A DNA stretch of 64,000 nucleotides from the NCBI RefSeq assembly GCF_006345805.1, contig NC_043001.1, forward strand, positions 11,656,001 to 11,720,000. The letters are read 5' to 3'. Positions 27,340 through 41,436 of this stretch are shown in pieces. Position 1 is the first letter of the stretch; each line of letters starts with the position of its first letter. The DNA comes from Octopus sinensis. Taxonomy: Eukaryota. Both the position numbers and the translations under genes were made by a program. A model generated the notes under the pieces. The model was not told the DNA's origin, did not search any database, and saw nothing but the letters and a program-made list of their open reading frames with translations.

Positions 27340-28290
27340 AACGGGAAGCTTTATGAAAATAAACAAAAGACGAAGGCAGGTGGAAAACAAACGAACAATT
27401 GTATTAGTATGGCGCTCAGGAATATAATAAAAAAAGTCTTTAACGTTTCGAGCCTACGCTCTTCAACAGAAAGATACACAGAGAGAGAAAACACAGAAAG
27501 AAGGAGAAAAAAAATGCGTGCAGTAGCTAACGAATCAACATGGCGATCTGATTTCGGCCAGAGGTCAAGATCAAACATGAGACGCGGAGCGAGCGAAATA
27601 AGGGGAGATAATAGGGTTGATAAAGGGTTGAGGGACCAGCTAAAAGTGCGTGGGAGGGGTCTGGATGTGTGTATGTATAGGGTTGTGTGTATTAGTATGT
27701 ATAAGGGGGGGTGTGTGTGTGTGTGTGTATGAGAGAGTATTAGTGCGTAAGATTGGTCTGGACGTGCGTATGTATGGGGTTGGTGTATGTATTAGTATGT
27801 ATTAGTATGTATTAGTACGTATTGGTATGTATAGGTGTGTGTGTGTGTGAGAGAGTATAAGTGCGTATGCGGGGTCTGGACGTGTGTATGTATAGGGTTG
27901 GTTGTATGTAAGTATTAGTATGTACTAGTATGTATTAGTACGTATTAGTATGTATTAGTTGGTGTGTGTATTAGTATGGCACATCATATGTGATGTGATG
28001 TGTAAAGTCATGTGTGTGTAGTGAGGAGAAGAGGGGGAGGGAGGGGAGAAGAGGGGGGAGAGAAGGGGAGGGGAAGAAGAGGGGGAGGAGAAGGGGGAAG
28101 AGGAGACGATGGGGGAGAAGGAAGGTGAGGAGGGGGATGAAGGAGGAAAGAGGGAGAGGGGGGAGAGAGAGAAGGGGAGAGAGGGAGTGAGGGAGCAGAG
28201 GAAGGGGAAGAGGGAGGGAGAAAGAGGGAAGAAGGGAAGGGGAGTAAGGGTGAAAGGATGAAGGACTGAAGAAGTAGGGGTCGGGGGAGA
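27340..28290 (-). mobile_element. Longer copy of the same PLE-type family with low-complexity 5' extension
   Basis: Hammerhead-like fold at 27437-27474; gtattagtat repeats and a polypurine tract at 28020-28260. Extent approximate. Confidence 0.55.
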
Positions 28291-28301
28291 TAATATATAT
28301 G

Positions 28302-28359
<58 letters not shown>

Positions 28360-28393
28360 ATGTATATATATATGCATATATATATATGTATGC

Positions 28394-28424
<31 letters not shown>

Positions 28425-28843
28425 CATGTATATATATATGTGTATATATATATATATATATGCATATATATATATATGTATGCATATATATATATATATG
28501 TATATATATATATGTATATATATATAGTCATATATTGTATATATATATATATATATGTATATATTTATATATATGTATATATCACGTGCATATTCCGGGT
28601 ACAGGACATCACCAATTGTGCAAAGTAAAAAAAATGCGCAAACAAAGGAGGTAAATACGTAAAGAATAAAAAAAAAGACATTAGAGCAATAATGCATTAT
28701 TTAGGACTTCAAAGGTTATGGTCGGTCAGAGTTACTATTCGTTTCGCAACTATAAGTCGGCCTATTACTGTTAAGTGCTTTAGAGGTGTAAAACCAATGG
28801 TTATTCCATGACGGCCAGAACCTGTAAAGTTTTAAACATTATA

Positions 28844-28916
<73 letters not shown>

Positions 28917-30028
28917 TGAGGGAATATTATTCCAAACTTACAGGGAAAAATTTCAATTTAGAAATACTAAATCAAATTTCACAAAATATTATATGTATAT
29001 ATGAATTAGAAAAAAAAACACCTTTTATCAATTCAAAATGAAAAATTAAATTACACCATCTAGAAAATTACATACAATAGAAAGATGAAATATACGATAA
29101 AAAATATAACGATGATTAAGTAAAGTGCAAAATACTAAATAAAACGTATATATTTGGTAGAATAATATAAATAAATATTTAGATATTTGTGTGTGTGTAT
29201 GTCTGTGTATGTGTGTATTTACGTACATATATATAATTATATATATCTATATATATATATATATAAGAGACAGATATCTTCCATATGGATTACATTTAGT
29301 CGGGCTCAGTAGGTTTAAGCGTGAGCCGGCAGAGGTGTAAATGTAAGTTTGGAAAGACGATACACAAAAAAATATGAAATGCAATTTATACAAGAGATGT
29401 ACATAAATGTACATATAAAAACATCCGAATTACGCAAAATAGAAATGATATTCAGAATGAAAGGGGTTGAATATGAGTTTTATAAGTCCTACAGCAGTAT
29501 CTGGTGGGGGTGGGGGCTTGGTGGTCCAAAGTAAGGACAGTAAATTGATCCCATCATGCGATAATACCTGCTTACGTCATCAGGGAAGAATTATACATTT
29601 GAGATGTACACACACACACAAACACACGAAGATATATATATATATATCAATGGAAGAACATATATATATATATATATCAATATCAATGGAAGAAACGCAA
29701 GAAGTTTGGTAAGAAGGAAGATAATTTTTGGATGATGCATGCAGAGATTTAAGCTGCCGCTGGTTACATTAAAGTACAATTTACATAGAATCTTTTTTTA
29801 ACTGTAAATTTTCACAGAGACAGCAAAAGTCACTAGGTTATGCGTAAAATCATCGTCAGTGCGCCTAATCAAACGTTTTCTATAGCCTGGAACTATACTT
29901 TGAAAAGTATATTGGACAGCTACCAACAGCTTGCGATGCGCAGTGTGAAATCTATTCAATGAGGGAAACAGATATATATCTATGCATACATGCATACGTA
30001 CACACATACAAACATGTATGATACATGC

Positions 30029-30079
<51 letters not shown>

Positions 30080-30087
30080 TATATATA

Positions 30088-30121
<34 letters not shown>

Positions 30122-30301
30122 ATTATGCATATATACATATAGATATAGAAACGTATGAATACATATATATATCTATATATACATCTATATGTACATATTC
30201 TTTTACATGTTGCACATATATATATAATATATATACATATATATATATATGTGTGTGTGTATATATATGTATATATGTATATATATGTACATATATACAT
30301 A

Positions 30302-30382
<81 letters not shown>

Positions 30383-30743
30383 ATACATACATACCGGAGC
30401 ACCAACTTTTGTCAAGAAAATCGACCATCAGTACTTATTCTTTGCAAGCCTAGTATTTAATCTATCTTTCTCTGTTGCCGAGCGTCTAAGTTACGGGGAT
30501 GTAAACACACCAGCATCACATTTCAAGAGTTGTTGGTGGAAGAAACACACACACACATACACACATACACACACACACACGCACACACATACACACACAC
30601 ACATACACACGCACACACACACACATATATATAGTATATCAAGGAAATCAAAAATATTATATTACAGATAAATTCCTCTATTTACATAATATCGAGGTCT
30701 CGCTCATTCTTTTGTTGTCTCACCATTTTACTATTAATATATA

Positions 30744-30813
<70 letters not shown>

Positions 30814-31154
30814 CGATTTCTCTATCTCCATACATCTATGTACATGAGTTGTGTGCCAGTGCCAACGCGCTTGCGTGTGTACGTGTGTGTATGTGTTTGT
30901 GTGTGTGTTGTCGGTCCGAGGCGTTGAACTGGAATAGATAAACAATGGAATAGTGCTCCTATGGCTCATGTCCTTGTATCCGAATTCCTAAATCAAGATA
31001 ATTCGCCTCGATGAATAAGAGATGGCTAAAAGAAATAGTCCAAACGAGTAATAAAGATGCCCGAAGAACTATACATGGAAGGCATTCATTTTCATGAGAT
31101 GCTTCATACATACGTATAATGACCCCACGAACATACACTCGTTACAAACACACA

Positions 31155-31220
<66 letters not shown>

Positions 31221-31223
31221 CAT

Positions 31224-31272
<49 letters not shown>

Positions 31273-31376
31273 TAGTAGAACCTCGATAAGAATTTTATCT
31301 CCTGTGATTCTCATATTTATTTGATACGGTAGTGACAAGGTTTACGAACGTCTCTGATCACGAATAAATAGTGCTT

Positions 31377-31413
<37 letters not shown>

Positions 31414-31424
31414 TATATATATAT

Positions 31425-31455
<31 letters not shown>

Positions 31456-31520
31456 CACATATAGATATATGTGTGTCTGTGTAGGTGTAGATATATATGT
31501 ATATATATACATATAATATG

Positions 31521-31588
<68 letters not shown>

Positions 31589-31750
31589 GTGTATATACGC
31601 ATACATGCATACAGACATACTACATGTATATGTATACAACTCTGTTCGCGAATAAATCGTGCTTTCCTTAAAATCCTTAAAAATGCTTTAGCCCGAAGGC
31701 CGCGGCCATGCTGGGGCACCACCGCTGAATGAGCTACACTAGTCCGTGAA

Positions 31751-32300
31751 GCTACACAAAGAAAATCGTCTCAATGCAAAATGTCAGCTACTGGGAAAGA
31801 CTGAAGGTATTAAACCTCTTCTCCCTGGAGCGGAGGCGGGAGAGATATGCAGTGATATACATCTGGAAAATCCTGGAGGGTCTTGTCCCAAACTTTGGCA
31901 TTCAAAGTTACTCCCCCGCCAGAACGGGGCGCCGCTGCGTGGTGCAAGGATTCCAACATCACCATCAAAATACAGGTCCAGATACTGCAAACAGCTTGGG
32001 TTTCAGAGGACCACAGCTCTTTAACATCCTTCCTAAATGCCTGAGAGACTTACATGGTGTGGATGTGGGTTTCTTTAAAACTAAACTGGATCTCTTCTTG
32101 TTGGGAGTCCCAGATGAACCTACCTCACGACAGGAGACACGGATGCGGGCAGCAGCATCGAACTCCCTTGTTGATCAAGTGCCACGTATCAGAGGTGGAT
32201 TCACGGACTAGTGTAGCTCATTCAGCGGTGGTGCCCCAGCATGGCCGCGGCCTTCGGGCTAAAACATTTTTAAGGATTTTAAGGAAAGGACTATTTATTC
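31751..32300 (+). mobile_element. CR1/L2-type LINE 3' fragment
   Basis: SYWERLKVLNLFSLERRRERY..IYIWKI, NSLGFRGPQLFN.LP, GVPDEP; (ttaaggat)-like tail. Confidence 0.92.
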
Positions 32301-32449
32301 GCGAACAAAGTTGTATACATATACATGTAGTATGTCTGTATGCATGTATGCGTATATATACATATATGTATGTATGTGTACGTGTTCATGCATGTTTCTG
32401 TGTGTGTGTGTTTTCATGTACCATAATTATTTATACGCTCTATTCTAGG

Positions 32450-32628
32450 CGCAAGGCCCGAAATTTCGGAAGAGCGGCCGGTCAGTTAGATCGACCCCAG
32501 TACGCAACTTAAGTTATCGACCCTGAATGGATGAAAAGCAAAGTTGACCTCAGCGGTATTTGAACTCCTGGATGCTAAGACAGACGAAATGCTATGCGTG
32601 CTGACGTTTCTGCCAGCTCGCCGCCTCA
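32450..32628 (-). mobile_element. SINE family B, diverged
   Basis: Match to family B head and body. Confidence 0.75.
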
Positions 32629-32902
32629 GTGTACCATAATTAATATACACATTCTGACTCTTTTCAACGATTCTGTGACAAGTTGAAGTTATAATTCATG
32701 TTATGGAAAGAGTCGAACATATTTAGGCAGCACGAATGCACAGAAAATAAGCAAAGATAATATCAACTAGCATGAACCATGATACTGCTGCCGTGGGAAG
32801 TACCACAGAAACATAAACTACATCATCTACTCGAAATTCTACATACCGTAGTAGCTTGGTTTTCGAACGATTCTGATCGCGAATGAATTATGTATATATA
32901 TA

Positions 32903-32943
<41 letters not shown>

Positions 32944-33388
32944 TATACATATAAGACCAAAAAGGGTACGGGCGCCGCTATATATATATATATATATGTA
33001 AAAGAATACAAACAGGGACAAGAACTCAAAACATTTAGAAGACGATAGAAAAAAAAAACCGGCGGGACATTCGAACCCTTCAATCTTCAGTCAAGAACCG
33101 GATCATCCTCGCAATTTCGGCTGATTAATCTTGAGATTGCTCCAACCTGGCCAGCCCCAAAGGAAAATCTAAGCCAAGTGCATTAGATTCCTTGGAAGAA
33201 AGCCTTGAATGTATACAAAACAAGGACGGGAAAACGGACGATGTTACACGAATAAGAATACAAAATACGTAAAAACAAAAATGATAACACGAATAAGAAT
33301 ACAAAAATACGTAAAAACAATAATGATAATAATAATAACAAAAACATGACGTCACAGACAGGCATCTTTTCGACAGTACGGGTGAACT

Positions 33389-33420
<32 letters not shown>

Positions 33421-33443
33421 TTTATATATGCATATGTATATAT

Positions 33444-33493
<50 letters not shown>

Positions 33494-34739
33494 TTATATA
33501 TATATTTGAAGCATTATGTATTCGTAATCAGGGGCATTCGTAAACCGAGGAACTAATGTATGAAATGAATATAAGAAAGACAGGAGATAAATTACGATTT
33601 ATTCGTGATTGGAGTCGTTCGATAACCGATGTGCTACTACATATGTTATCGGTGAAACCGAAGCAAGAGAAAAAGACAAAACCCAAAATTGTGATCAGTT
33701 GAAATCGAACCTAAACCACATGGTTACAAGGCAGTCTTTTGAGGCATACATCGATGTGTACGTGTTTTATCTGCTAGACTTCACAAGAAATATTTAAAGG
33801 TGAATGTAATGCTCTACAACCGCTTTCAACGGAGCATTTTTTGCTTTACAGTTGACCACATCTAACATTTTAAATTATCATACAAAGGAATCCTCTTGAA
33901 ATAACGTATAATGGGAATAGAGGCTGTCTCATAAATTAAGACACAATTCATTCTTTCGTTCATTACAGCAAATAGTTCACAGTACATCGTATCACTCCAC
34001 TCGCGTCATTATAATATGTGTTTCATAACGACTTCAGCGTAAAGAGACCAGTATCACCCTGTGGCGCACTGGAGATATACGAACACCAATAATTTATAAT
34101 AATGGATCTTTAGACATCATTAGTTATAGAGCTTTGGAAATATATTAAGTTGATTGGATTAACTGGTTTCCCTTAGCAACAATCTCCTATCCTTTCCCCT
34201 ATGAACTAAAAATCTACTTACTGCTCGAAATCAACATTAGTACCATTGAGCTAGTGGCAAAAAGTAAGATGAGGAGGAGGAGGAGGGGGTGGAGTTGGCT
34301 GTAGATGAGCTGACATTGATCCACTTCGATTCTGGCTTGACATAGGTTCACTTCAATTATACCCTGATTAACCGCAGGAAAGATATGGCACGGATAATAT
34401 ATCATAGTTAACTTTTCAAATGTCCAAAATCTTATATCTCCTTAGAACAATACTAGAATTCATACGTGAGGATTATAATTTGGCAACAATACAGTTGCTC
34501 TACTTTAGATAACTCACAAAGCTCTATAATTATAATGAAAAATGGTCATGTAATCAGGTGAATTTAATCGGCTATATTCCTCCAAACAGGCCTCAATAGA
34601 AGCAGATCAGATATCACCATCATTGCACTATAACGTTAATGTAATTCATCTGTCAAAAGAGTATACAGCACGGTTTCGATTCCAGAATGCAACCAGTTTG
34701 TTTCACTTACGTTTCATTATTATTTATTTATGTATTTAT

Positions 34740-34900
34740 GCGCCCTTTTCAAGCCTAGCCAGGCTAATGGGCCCGGTTTTCCGGTGTCTATGGCGTATGT
34801 GTTCCCCCCAGCTGGACGGGACGCCAGTCCATCGCAGCGTTACTTAAGAAACAGGAAGAAAGAGTGAGAGAAAGTTGGGGCGAAAGAGTACAACAGGGGA
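34740..34900 (-). mobile_element. Chimeric SINE (family D body plus family C 3' end)
   Basis: 34845-34900 matches 41950-42000; 34740-34845 matches 20030-20140. Confidence 0.75.
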
Positions 34901-35183
34901 CGTAAGTGAAACAAACTGGTTGCGTCCCCTGTTGTAAGTAGTTGTTATTTATGTAGCCTCCGTGCTAAATAAAATTCAGTTAAACGCTATTGAGGTAGTT
35001 TTATGTTGGAGGCGCAATGGCTCAGTGGTTACGAGAGCGGATTCGCGGTTGTAGGATCGAAGTTTACATTATTATTACCTTTATTATTATTTATTTATTC
35101 ATTTATTTATTTATTGTTATCAGGTCACTACCTGGAATTTTAGGGCTTATAAATCAAATGTTTTCATATCCTTCTTTAATACC

Positions 35184-35418
35184 TATTTCTTTACTACCCA
35201 CAAGGAGCTAAACACAGAGACGACAAACAAGGACAGACAAATGGATTAAGTCGATTGTATCGACCCCAGTGCGTAACTGGTACTTATTTAGTCGACCCCG
35301 AAAGGACGAAAGGCAAAGTCGACCTCGGCGGAATTTGAACTCAGAATGTAACGGCAGACGAAATGCCGCTAATCATTTCGTCCGGCGTGCTAACGTTTCT
35401 GCCAGTTCGCCGCCTTAG
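35184..35418 (-). mobile_element. Monomeric SINE family B with 16-bp target-site duplication
   Basis: atccttctttaatacc at 35168-35183 and 35419-35434. Confidence 0.92.
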
Positions 35419-35830
35419 ATCCTTCTTTAATACCGGTTCCCATATGCTATTCATACCAGCACTCGGTCTCCTTAGGAGATTGTTGTGACCTAGCATATGT
35501 GCTGCTTCTTTCGTATTTTTCCAGTGTTGTTCACTCTCTATTATTTTAACTTCACGCCACAGAGGGAGGTGGTCTCCATTTTTCCATACGTGATCAGCAA
35601 TACCCGATTTATCAATATCTCCTCCTATCACAGCTTTGTGATGTTCGTCTACCCTTATTTTGAGGGGTGGCATGTTTCGCCTTTGTATAACAATTACTGT
35701 ATTTCACGCTCTCTTCTATTGGACACAAAAATCTCGTCTTTGCTGCACGTGATTGCAATTGTGTCATTAAAAACCCGCGAAAACTGAAATCTTAGAAGGG
35801 CTCTCTTTGGCCGCTGCTGAGACGAGTTTT
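35419..35830 (-). mobile_element. Penelope-like GIY-YIG endonuclease remnant
   Basis: C..YKGET..PLKIRVDEH.KAV...KSGIADHVW...EVKII..E..W..KEAAHM...NSIWEP. Confidence 0.85.
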
Positions 35831-36630
35831 TTTTCCCTCTGCGTATTTTCGTTTGCATAACTGACATTTTATCTCGGACGTAGAGAGTACTGGAGCTTTA
35901 CGGAAATTTTGACAATCAATATAATATGACAAGCAGACATACAGACCTATCTCTCTACCCCCCCCAACAACTCTCTCTCTCTCTCGCTCTCAATCTCACA
36001 CACACCTTGGCATGCGCGCATCCCCACGCACACATATCTGTCTAGCTTACTAGCTAGAGAGCTAGCTCCCTATATGTCGGTCTATGTATCTATGGAAACA
36101 GATTGGTTTGTTCTACAGGAACAAAATTTGCCGCGGGCTTCACCACAACAACCACGACCGCAAAGTCGAACGCAACCACCACAACCACCGCCACTAACAT
36201 CAGCACTACTAAAAGCCCAATAGTAACACCACCACTACCAACAACACCAACATTACCAAAACAAACGCCGCTACTAACACCAACAGACCCACGTATACGT
36301 ATCCATGTACACTCACACATACACAAACACACACACACATACACATACACACATATATGGCTAAAGGTTAATGTGCATACAAGAATAATTACATTTTAGA
36401 AAATTAATGAAAGTGGTTTGTGTTGGTTTGTTTAAATGGGTCTCACCTCGGGCGGAACAATATCAAATACTTTTTGTTAATTACGTATAATTGATGAAAA
36501 TTATATACAATAAAATACACATATAGACACATACATAAGTACATATATGTGTGTGTGTGTATAATATATATCAATATCTATCTATCTATATACATTAATT
36601 TCCACACGCACAGATGCACAAACATACATA

Positions 36631-36684
<54 letters not shown>

Positions 36685-36832
36685 TACACATATATACATA
36701 TATACATGTATATATATGTATGTATGTATGTAGTATGCATATATGCATACATACATACATACCCACACATGGAATCTTATACACGCATATCTCTCAATTT
36801 CTCTTTCTCTCCCTCCCTACACACACACACAG

Positions 36833-36889
<57 letters not shown>

Positions 36890-36959
36890 GCGGCCTGTCT
36901 TGAATATATTGCTGTCTACATTACACAAAAATGAAAAATAACTCTGACATCTCATTTAA

Positions 36960-37155
36960 ATGAGACATATTTACCCAAATTACATGGTAATATTTTGAAA
37001 TAATAAACAGTCAATTTATTCATTGGAATCGCTATTGCCTTCAACCACGGCCTCCAGACGACTTCGAAATCTTCTGCAACTCTTCTGGCCGGTTTCCTTG
37101 TTTACCTTGTTGAACGCTTGCCTTCAGTTAATCTTCCTTTCATGCAGTTCATCTT
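36960..37155 (-). mobile_element. Tc1/mariner-superfamily transposase C-terminal remnant
   Basis: Translates as TKDEL...AFNKVNKETGQKSCRRFRSRLEAVVEGN with disruptions. Confidence 0.65.
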
Positions 37156-37894
37156 TGGTGCTATAAACAGTTTTGTTGGTTTCTCGCTTATAACCCTGAA
37201 ACCTATATATTCCTACAAATATCCGCGCCACGCACCAAATGCAATGGAATCATGTTGGTGACAAGTACTTTTGTAAACCAGTTTAAATAACACGTTCATC
37301 GTTGAAAATTTTGGCAAGAGCATACATTTTGTTCCTATAAGTAATTCCTACCAATCTATAAAATTCGATCTTTAACTGTCTTCTTATATTTCCGCTACAT
37401 ATATCTATTTCCACGCTATTAATCCTTATTCCCATTCCTCTATCACATTATAATTTTCCACTCTTAATTTTCTACTAATTTTTCTATCTCTGCTCCTTCT
37501 CTTTCTCTGAATTCACTTTGACGTAAAACCTATTACGGGTTTTTAAAAAGATAACTTGCTATTGTTCTTCCTACATCATATACTTACATACACGGTAATC
37601 ACATTCGGTTAAAACGGCTTGTTGATGTGCTTTATTCGGCCCCCACCATCCCTGAATAGATGATTGCATTGTTTTACATCATTTTTATTCTCTGAAGAAT
37701 AATCTCAATGCTTTTTTCGAAACACATGTTGGAAATATAAATGATTTGAATAACATTTCACTCAAACCTGGAATTTCTGTATTTACAAGTAGGTTGTAAT
37801 ATCTTCGGCACGTATGTGAACTTTGCTAACATGTAAATAGTTTTTTTTTCCTTGCTATTTATACACATTCAAAAACTATATATATATATTCTTT

Positions 37895-38235
37895 TATTTA
37901 TTAGTCAAACAAATCGACCCCTGAAATTATTCTTTGTAAGCCTAGTACTCTTTTTACCGAAGTGTAAAGTTACGGGTATCTAAACATATAAACATCGGTC
38001 GTCAAGCGATGATGAGGAGACAAACACAGAAACACAACCATACACACAAACACACATACATATAAAAAATCATATACGACGAGCTTCTTTTAGTTTCCGT
38101 CTACCAAATCCACTCACAAGGAGTTGGTTGGCCCGAGGCTATAATACAAGGTACCTGACTAACTTGCCCCGCAGTGAGACTGGACCCGAAGCAATGTGGC
38201 TGGTGAGCAAGCTACCTATCACACAGTCTCTCTTG
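37895..38235 (-). mobile_element. SINE family A, diverged near-full copy
   Basis: Both halves recognisable. Confidence 0.8.
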
Positions 38236-38239
38236 CGTC

Positions 38240-38284
<45 letters not shown>

Positions 38285-38391
38285 TATAATATATTATATA
38301 TATATAACATATATATATATATATACTTATATTACATATATACATATATATGTGTGTATATAGATATATAATATATATTATATATATATAG

Positions 38392-38470
<79 letters not shown>

Positions 38471-39241
38471 ATATATATATTTACGTATGTATATATATGT
38501 ATAATGACACATATGCAGCGCAGACACGCGTACACACTCAAGATGTTCAATTCCTAATGTAATTAATTGCTAATATTGGTTGTTAGTATTGAGAACATGC
38601 GTACCTTTAACGAAGTTTCTTTCCATTGGTTCACACAATCTATTTCTGTATCGTACCGTCGCACTATGACTACTTGTAAAAAGAATTCCGAAGTTGTTGT
38701 CTTGAAGCAGATTTTAAGGAAAAATTAATTTACTCTCCACCCTGCAGGCAAAATATGTTTTCTAATGTTGTATTAATATACAATATATTCGTAGGCTAAC
38801 AAATCATTTTCATATATATGAAATTAGTATTTGATAATAAATATTTATTTTTAAGATATTCGTATACGTTTTTTCACACACGGACACATACATATAAACC
38901 ATAGGCGCGGGAGTAACTGTGTTATTGGAAGCTGCTTCCCAACCACATGGTTCCGGGTTCAGTTCCACTATGTGGCACGTTCGACTAGCCTAATGAATGG
39001 ATATGGTAGGCGGAAGCTGAAAGAGACCCGTCGTATATATATATATATATAAATATTATCAGTGGCCATGATAACACTCTGAGTTTCGGATGTTGGGGCG
39101 GAAACGCACGCCGCCATCTCTTCACGGAATTTTATCATGGCTACCAAATAATTGTCACATATTATATTAACAGATAAATTCCTCTATTTACATAATATCG
39201 AGGTCTCTTTCATTCTTTTGTTGTCTTACCATTTCTATCAA

Positions 39242-39327
<86 letters not shown>

Positions 39328-39329
39328 AT

Positions 39330-39655
39330 ATAATAATAATATAAATATTAGGGAATAAATCCAAATTTACAGGGAAAAAATCAGATTTAGGATTAAATCC
39401 AATTTATAGTAAAATATTATATAATATAATTCGAGACAAAACCACTACTTTGCAAAACAAACAAGGAAAGACTTAATCATACATAAACATTTTTAATTAA
39501 AGAAATAAACCGCCACTACAATCGTTCATGTCTTCAATGACATACGTCAGGTGGACTTTCGATCTCCTAATCTGTTTTAATTTATATTAAAAATTTTTAT
39601 GTATTGATTAAGTCTTTCCTTGTTTGTTTTGCAAAGTAGTGGTTTTGTCTCGAAT

Positions 39656-39665
<10 letters not shown>
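39330..39665. mobile_element. Short copy of the 21.7-24.9 kb PLE family with short inverted arm and degenerate hammerhead (39513-39554, minus)
   Basis: Same left terminus (aaatattagggaata) and same right-arm endpoint (gtggttttgtctc) as the large copy. Confidence 0.8.
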
Positions 39666-39686
<21 letters not shown>

Positions 39687-40882
39687 ATTTGTTCAAATGC
39701 TTTTGCAAAATCAGTGTACTATTGATAACTGGTTCGCACAAAGATGGGAATAGGGAGTATAAGTCTAGGATTTTTACAACGTTACTATGATTTGTCATCG
39801 AAAAAGCAAATGCCCTTTATCAGCTCCCACAAGTGATTAAAATGAACCGAATAGGTAACTGCACAAAATCAGCTCCGTTCGTTATATTGACAGCCAATGA
39901 AAGGGACAAATATGATAAAGGGACGGAGAGGGATTACTTATACGGAGAATCATATATATATACATTTGCATTCATATGTATATACATACACACACACTAT
40001 GATTTGTTAGCCTACGAATATATTGTGTATATACACACACACACACACACATATATATATTATATATATATATATATATACTTGTATGAGTATTTATTAC
40101 TTGTCTCCTACGATCGCTGTGACTACAATCACTAGAAAGGAAAGAAAATTCAAATGGACATGTAACAGATATTCGGTCTTCACACCAAGTTTTGGATGGA
40201 TGCAGGAAAAAAAAAAACTCTATTGGATTCCATTCGTTAACAAATGTAGCTGAATTCCGTTATTCTAAAATAGGTAAAAAAAAAAGAATGTTTAAGTATG
40301 GAATAATGAAACGTATGAAGCATGCCAGGGAAAAGATTTGCAACACATTGTTTTTTCTTTAAAATTTTTTTAGAAATGAAGTTTCGAATAATAAAACCGA
40401 TGTTAGTGAAATACAGTTTGAGCCTATCTGTAAGCAACTTATATGTTTTCACATGTTGCATTACAGCGTTATATTACGTGTTTTGTAACACATTTACATG
40501 CTGTTAAATGTAGTCTCAACGAAATATGCAGTCAATCACTTAGGAAATCGTATGAATACAGATTTAAAAGGAAGTTGCTAAGCTAGTAGAAACTCAAAGA
40601 CAAAACGTGATATCAAATGTATTTGAGGATGATGTTTCTCAAGATCCTAAGTTGTTACCATAGATACTCTTATAGACTACTGAAGTAGTTGAATTATGTA
40701 TTAGGAAACCGTTTGACATAACTGAAATTGTAAAGTTTTATTGAATTCATAGCAAACTTTAATTGAATTGCTGTGAATAACATCTGGCTCGTATAGTTTG
40801 TTAGGAATGAAGGAAAATTATGATAATAAACCTTATCGTTGTTGTTACATTCTGTCCATACATTGTATAATACCATATTATA

Positions 40883-41436
40883 TTGGGTCGTCCAGAAAAA
40901 TAGTGCCGATTTAGTAGCTTACCTTTCGACTTATTTTAGAACATGGTTGAGTCCATAAAATAGGATTTTACTACACCTCCATTGAGAGCACAGTTTAAGC
41001 TATCTTTTCGTGGAAGAAGATTTAGGTTTCTATAACTTGTGTTAATTCTGTAACCCTTTAAAATGGAAGATAAGAAAGTTTATGATTTGAGAACCTAGAC
41101 AAAAATTGCTGCAGCTTGGCTGGGATGTGTTTCCCCACCCTCCATATTCACCAGATATTGCTCCTTCGGATTTCCACTTATTCAGGTCTCTGCAGAATAG
41201 TCTTAATGGTAAATATTTCAATTCCTTCCTTAGATGACGTAAAAAGATACCTTGATGAATTCTTTGCCATGAAACCACCTCCAGTTCTGGGAAGAGGGTA
41301 TTTTCAAGTTAAAGGGAAGATGAAGACGCATTGTGCAACAAAATGGTTCATATTTTGGTTGATTAAAAATGTAATGGCAAGTATTTATTAACTTTTCTTC
41401 CTTTAAAAATCGGTACGAACTTTCCGGACAACCCAA
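40883..41436 (+). mobile_element. Internally deleted mariner (554 bp)
   Basis: TA-flanked imperfect TIRs ttgggtcgtccagaaa/tttccggacaacccaa; MEDKKV joined to ..LGWDVFPHPPYSPDIAPSDFHLFRSL... Confidence 0.93.

Noticed and set aside
33055-33130. CUGAAGA motif in a PLE-like repeat
   Set aside because: No correctly placed GAAA or paired stems.
34214-34405. Signal-peptide-like ORF ending at a gtaagt donor
   Set aside because: Hydrophobic run comes from a short (CTC)n repeat; no supporting neighbouring exon.
36103-36399. Thr/Pro-rich mucin-like ORF (also 5760-6000 on minus)
   Set aside because: Degenerate (ACC/AAC)n low-complexity sequence without convincing splice or start context.
39060-39145. 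Hammerhead-like fold (GUGAAGA...GAAA within a 10-bp outer stem, minus strand)
   Set aside because: Core C3 missing and no valid stem III or NUH triplet; at best a decayed relic.
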